31,506 nt of DNA from assembly GCA_051117555.1 (NCBI GenBank), contig JBNPEG010000108.1:1-31506 (forward strand), given 5' to 3'. This DNA comes from Elainellaceae cyanobacterium (lineage in GTDB: Bacteria > Cyanobacteriota > Cyanobacteriia > CAZCXK01). Shown here one piece after another: positions 30,149 through 31,506 of the stretch (position 1 is the stretch's first letter; each line of letters starts with the position of its first letter). A program made the translations under genes and the position numbers. Below the pieces are notes generated by a model that saw nothing but the letters and a program-made list of their open reading frames with translations, had not been told where the DNA came from and did not search any database.

Positions 30149-31006
30149 TTACCCAAGCGAGGTCGCCAAATCGGCAAACAGAGGAGATAATTCGGCTTCA
30201 TACTTCGCCAGATAGGTGCGAAATGAGGTGCCCCCCGTGCCCATTTCAGCTCCGACTTTCTTTAACTGCTGGACTGCCAGCGCCAGATGCAGCCGATGAA
30301 ATCGATTTTGAAGGTCATCATAGGCATGCATCTGCCGCAGCAGCGGAGCGGCGTGGGGATGAGCCATCAACCGAGTCACTTGTTCTCGACGGGAACTGCC
30401 ATCGACGCGACTCAAAAGGATTTCATAATAGGCTGCAAGATTATGATTGCGATGCTGCTCAAGCCATGTGTCAATCTCAGCACCGTAGCGGCGATCAAAC
30501 TCTGTTTCGGCAATGTGAGGCGTGCCATTGGCGTCATGGGTGCCTCCCTGCCAATATTTCTGAACTCCGCTCATGATTTCGAGGTGGCGAAACTGAAACG
30601 ACTGAAACCCGCTCGTGGGACCAATGCTGGTGCGAAATTCAGCAAAGGCTCGCATCGTTCTGAGAATGGGCATCGTGGTGAGGGTCACCTCATACAGCCG
30701 CAACACTCGCTCAAAGAAATAACAGGATTCCCCCGTGTCGTTGATGATCGAATCTGAGGGGGTCTTGAGGGCACGGGCGATCGCCTCTAAGACCCTCCCC
30801 AAATCAATAATCATTTGATGAAACGCCAGCTCACAGATTTGATGCACCGTAATAAAGAGGTCTTCATCCTGAGAGACTGTCATCGGGCGCTTACAGGCCA
30901 ACAGGTCATCGAGTCCGTGGTAGTTCCAATAGTGATTTTGATTCACATCACGGGTTGGATCTGGCGGGAGGGGTTGAGCCGGGTAGGAGTTGGGCATAGA
31001 CATCAA
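30149..31006 (-). CDS. Tryptophan 2,3-dioxygenase family heme protein
   Basis: YWNYHGLDDLL...DEDLFITVHQICEL (distal His), FAEFR (substrate Arg), SGFQSFQFRHLE, RFHRLH (proximal His), GTGGTS..TYL loop. Confidence 0.88.
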   Translation of the reverse strand: MMSMPNSYPAQPLPPDPTRDVNQNHYWNYHGLDDLLACKRPMTVSQDEDLFITVHQICELAFHQMIIDLGRVLEAIARALKTPSDSIINDTGESCYFFERVLRLYEVTLTTMPILRTMRAFAEFRTSIGPTSGFQSFQFRHLEIMSGVQKYWQGGTHDANGTPHIAETEFDRRYGAEIDTWLEQHRNHNLAAYYEILLSRVDGSSRREQVTRLMAHPHAAPLLRQMHAYDDLQNRFHRLHLALAVQQLKKVGAEMGTGGTSFRTYLAKYEAELSPLFADLATSLG

Positions 31007-31015
31007 GCGAGGAAT

Positions 31016-31315
31016 TTACGATGACATGTGAGAATGCAGAAAAAATCGATACGCCAGAAATAGAAGAATTCCAATCAAGGCGAGCTGAATCGACCAAACA
31101 ATGACTTGCAAAATGACGCCCACAATCGCCAGTGCCACTACGCCTGCTAACACGATAACCAATAGCTTGCCCCCCCCTGAAAGAGATGCAAACCAGCTTC
31201 TAGAGGTGAGTCTTTCATCTGACTCGGGGGTGGAGTGCATCGGTATCGGACGGTATATGTCAACGTCAGGCTCGTGTGCCGATGCGTTGATATCGGAATC
31301 CTGCAGAGAACTCAT
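31016..31315 (-). CDS. Small hypothetical membrane protein
   Basis: 99 aa with a polar N-terminus and a ~45-aa hydrophobic stretch (one or two TM helices); ends 9 nt before the TDO start. Confidence 0.7.
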   Translation of the reverse strand: MSSLQDSDINASAHEPDVDIYRPIPMHSTPESDERLTSRSWFASLSGGGKLLVIVLAGVVALAIVGVILQVIVWSIQLALIGILLFLAYRFFLHSHMSS

Positions 31316-31506
31316 GAAACGTTAGAGAATAGATCAGGTCAGTGATTGACTAGTACCAATTCAGGCGGTGCTGATAAGGAATGATTTGTTGTTGTGATTG
31401 TATCGAATCGCTGTCGAGAAAACCGACTACTCTGGAAGAAACTGTAAAAAAATCTTAATTCGGTGTCTAATTCAGTTAAGTAATACCCCAAGTAGCTGGG
31501 GTTTAA

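Overview
31.5 kb of cyanobacterial chromosome, judged from dense HIP1 GCGATCGC octamers, cpcT, sqdB/sqdX, a CyaB-type cyclase and an NtcA-type box. It is probably from a filamentous, mid-GC lineage (inference). The content is mostly housekeeping and nutrient acquisition: Nfu; a cobalamin-riboswitch-controlled HupE/UreJ transporter; a cNMP-domain MscS channel; an XRE-HTH/PBP regulator divergent from modA-modBC; a glutathionyl-hydroquinone reductase; a circularly permuted ATP-grasp/alpha-E/transglutaminase operon with a perfect NtcA-type box and no Anbu peptidase nearby; a polar amino-acid ABC transporter; cpcT; sqdB-sqdX; a GAF-GAF-PAS adenylate cyclase; SRPBCC; LepB; a convergent GH13 glucosidase and GH100 invertase; and an orphan tryptophan 2,3-dioxygenase. 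No CRISPR array, rRNA, tRNA, transposase or prophage was seen. The best leads are the ModE-independent molybdate regulator with a candidate dyad operator, the NtcA-linked peptide-ligase operon, a 29-nt dispersed repeat with a variable hairpin found twice 21 kb apart, a nested MITE inside the ABC operon, a secreted protein with a possible C-terminal PxxxLW tag, and the orphan TDO. All calls come from reading motifs by eye; no database searches were run.
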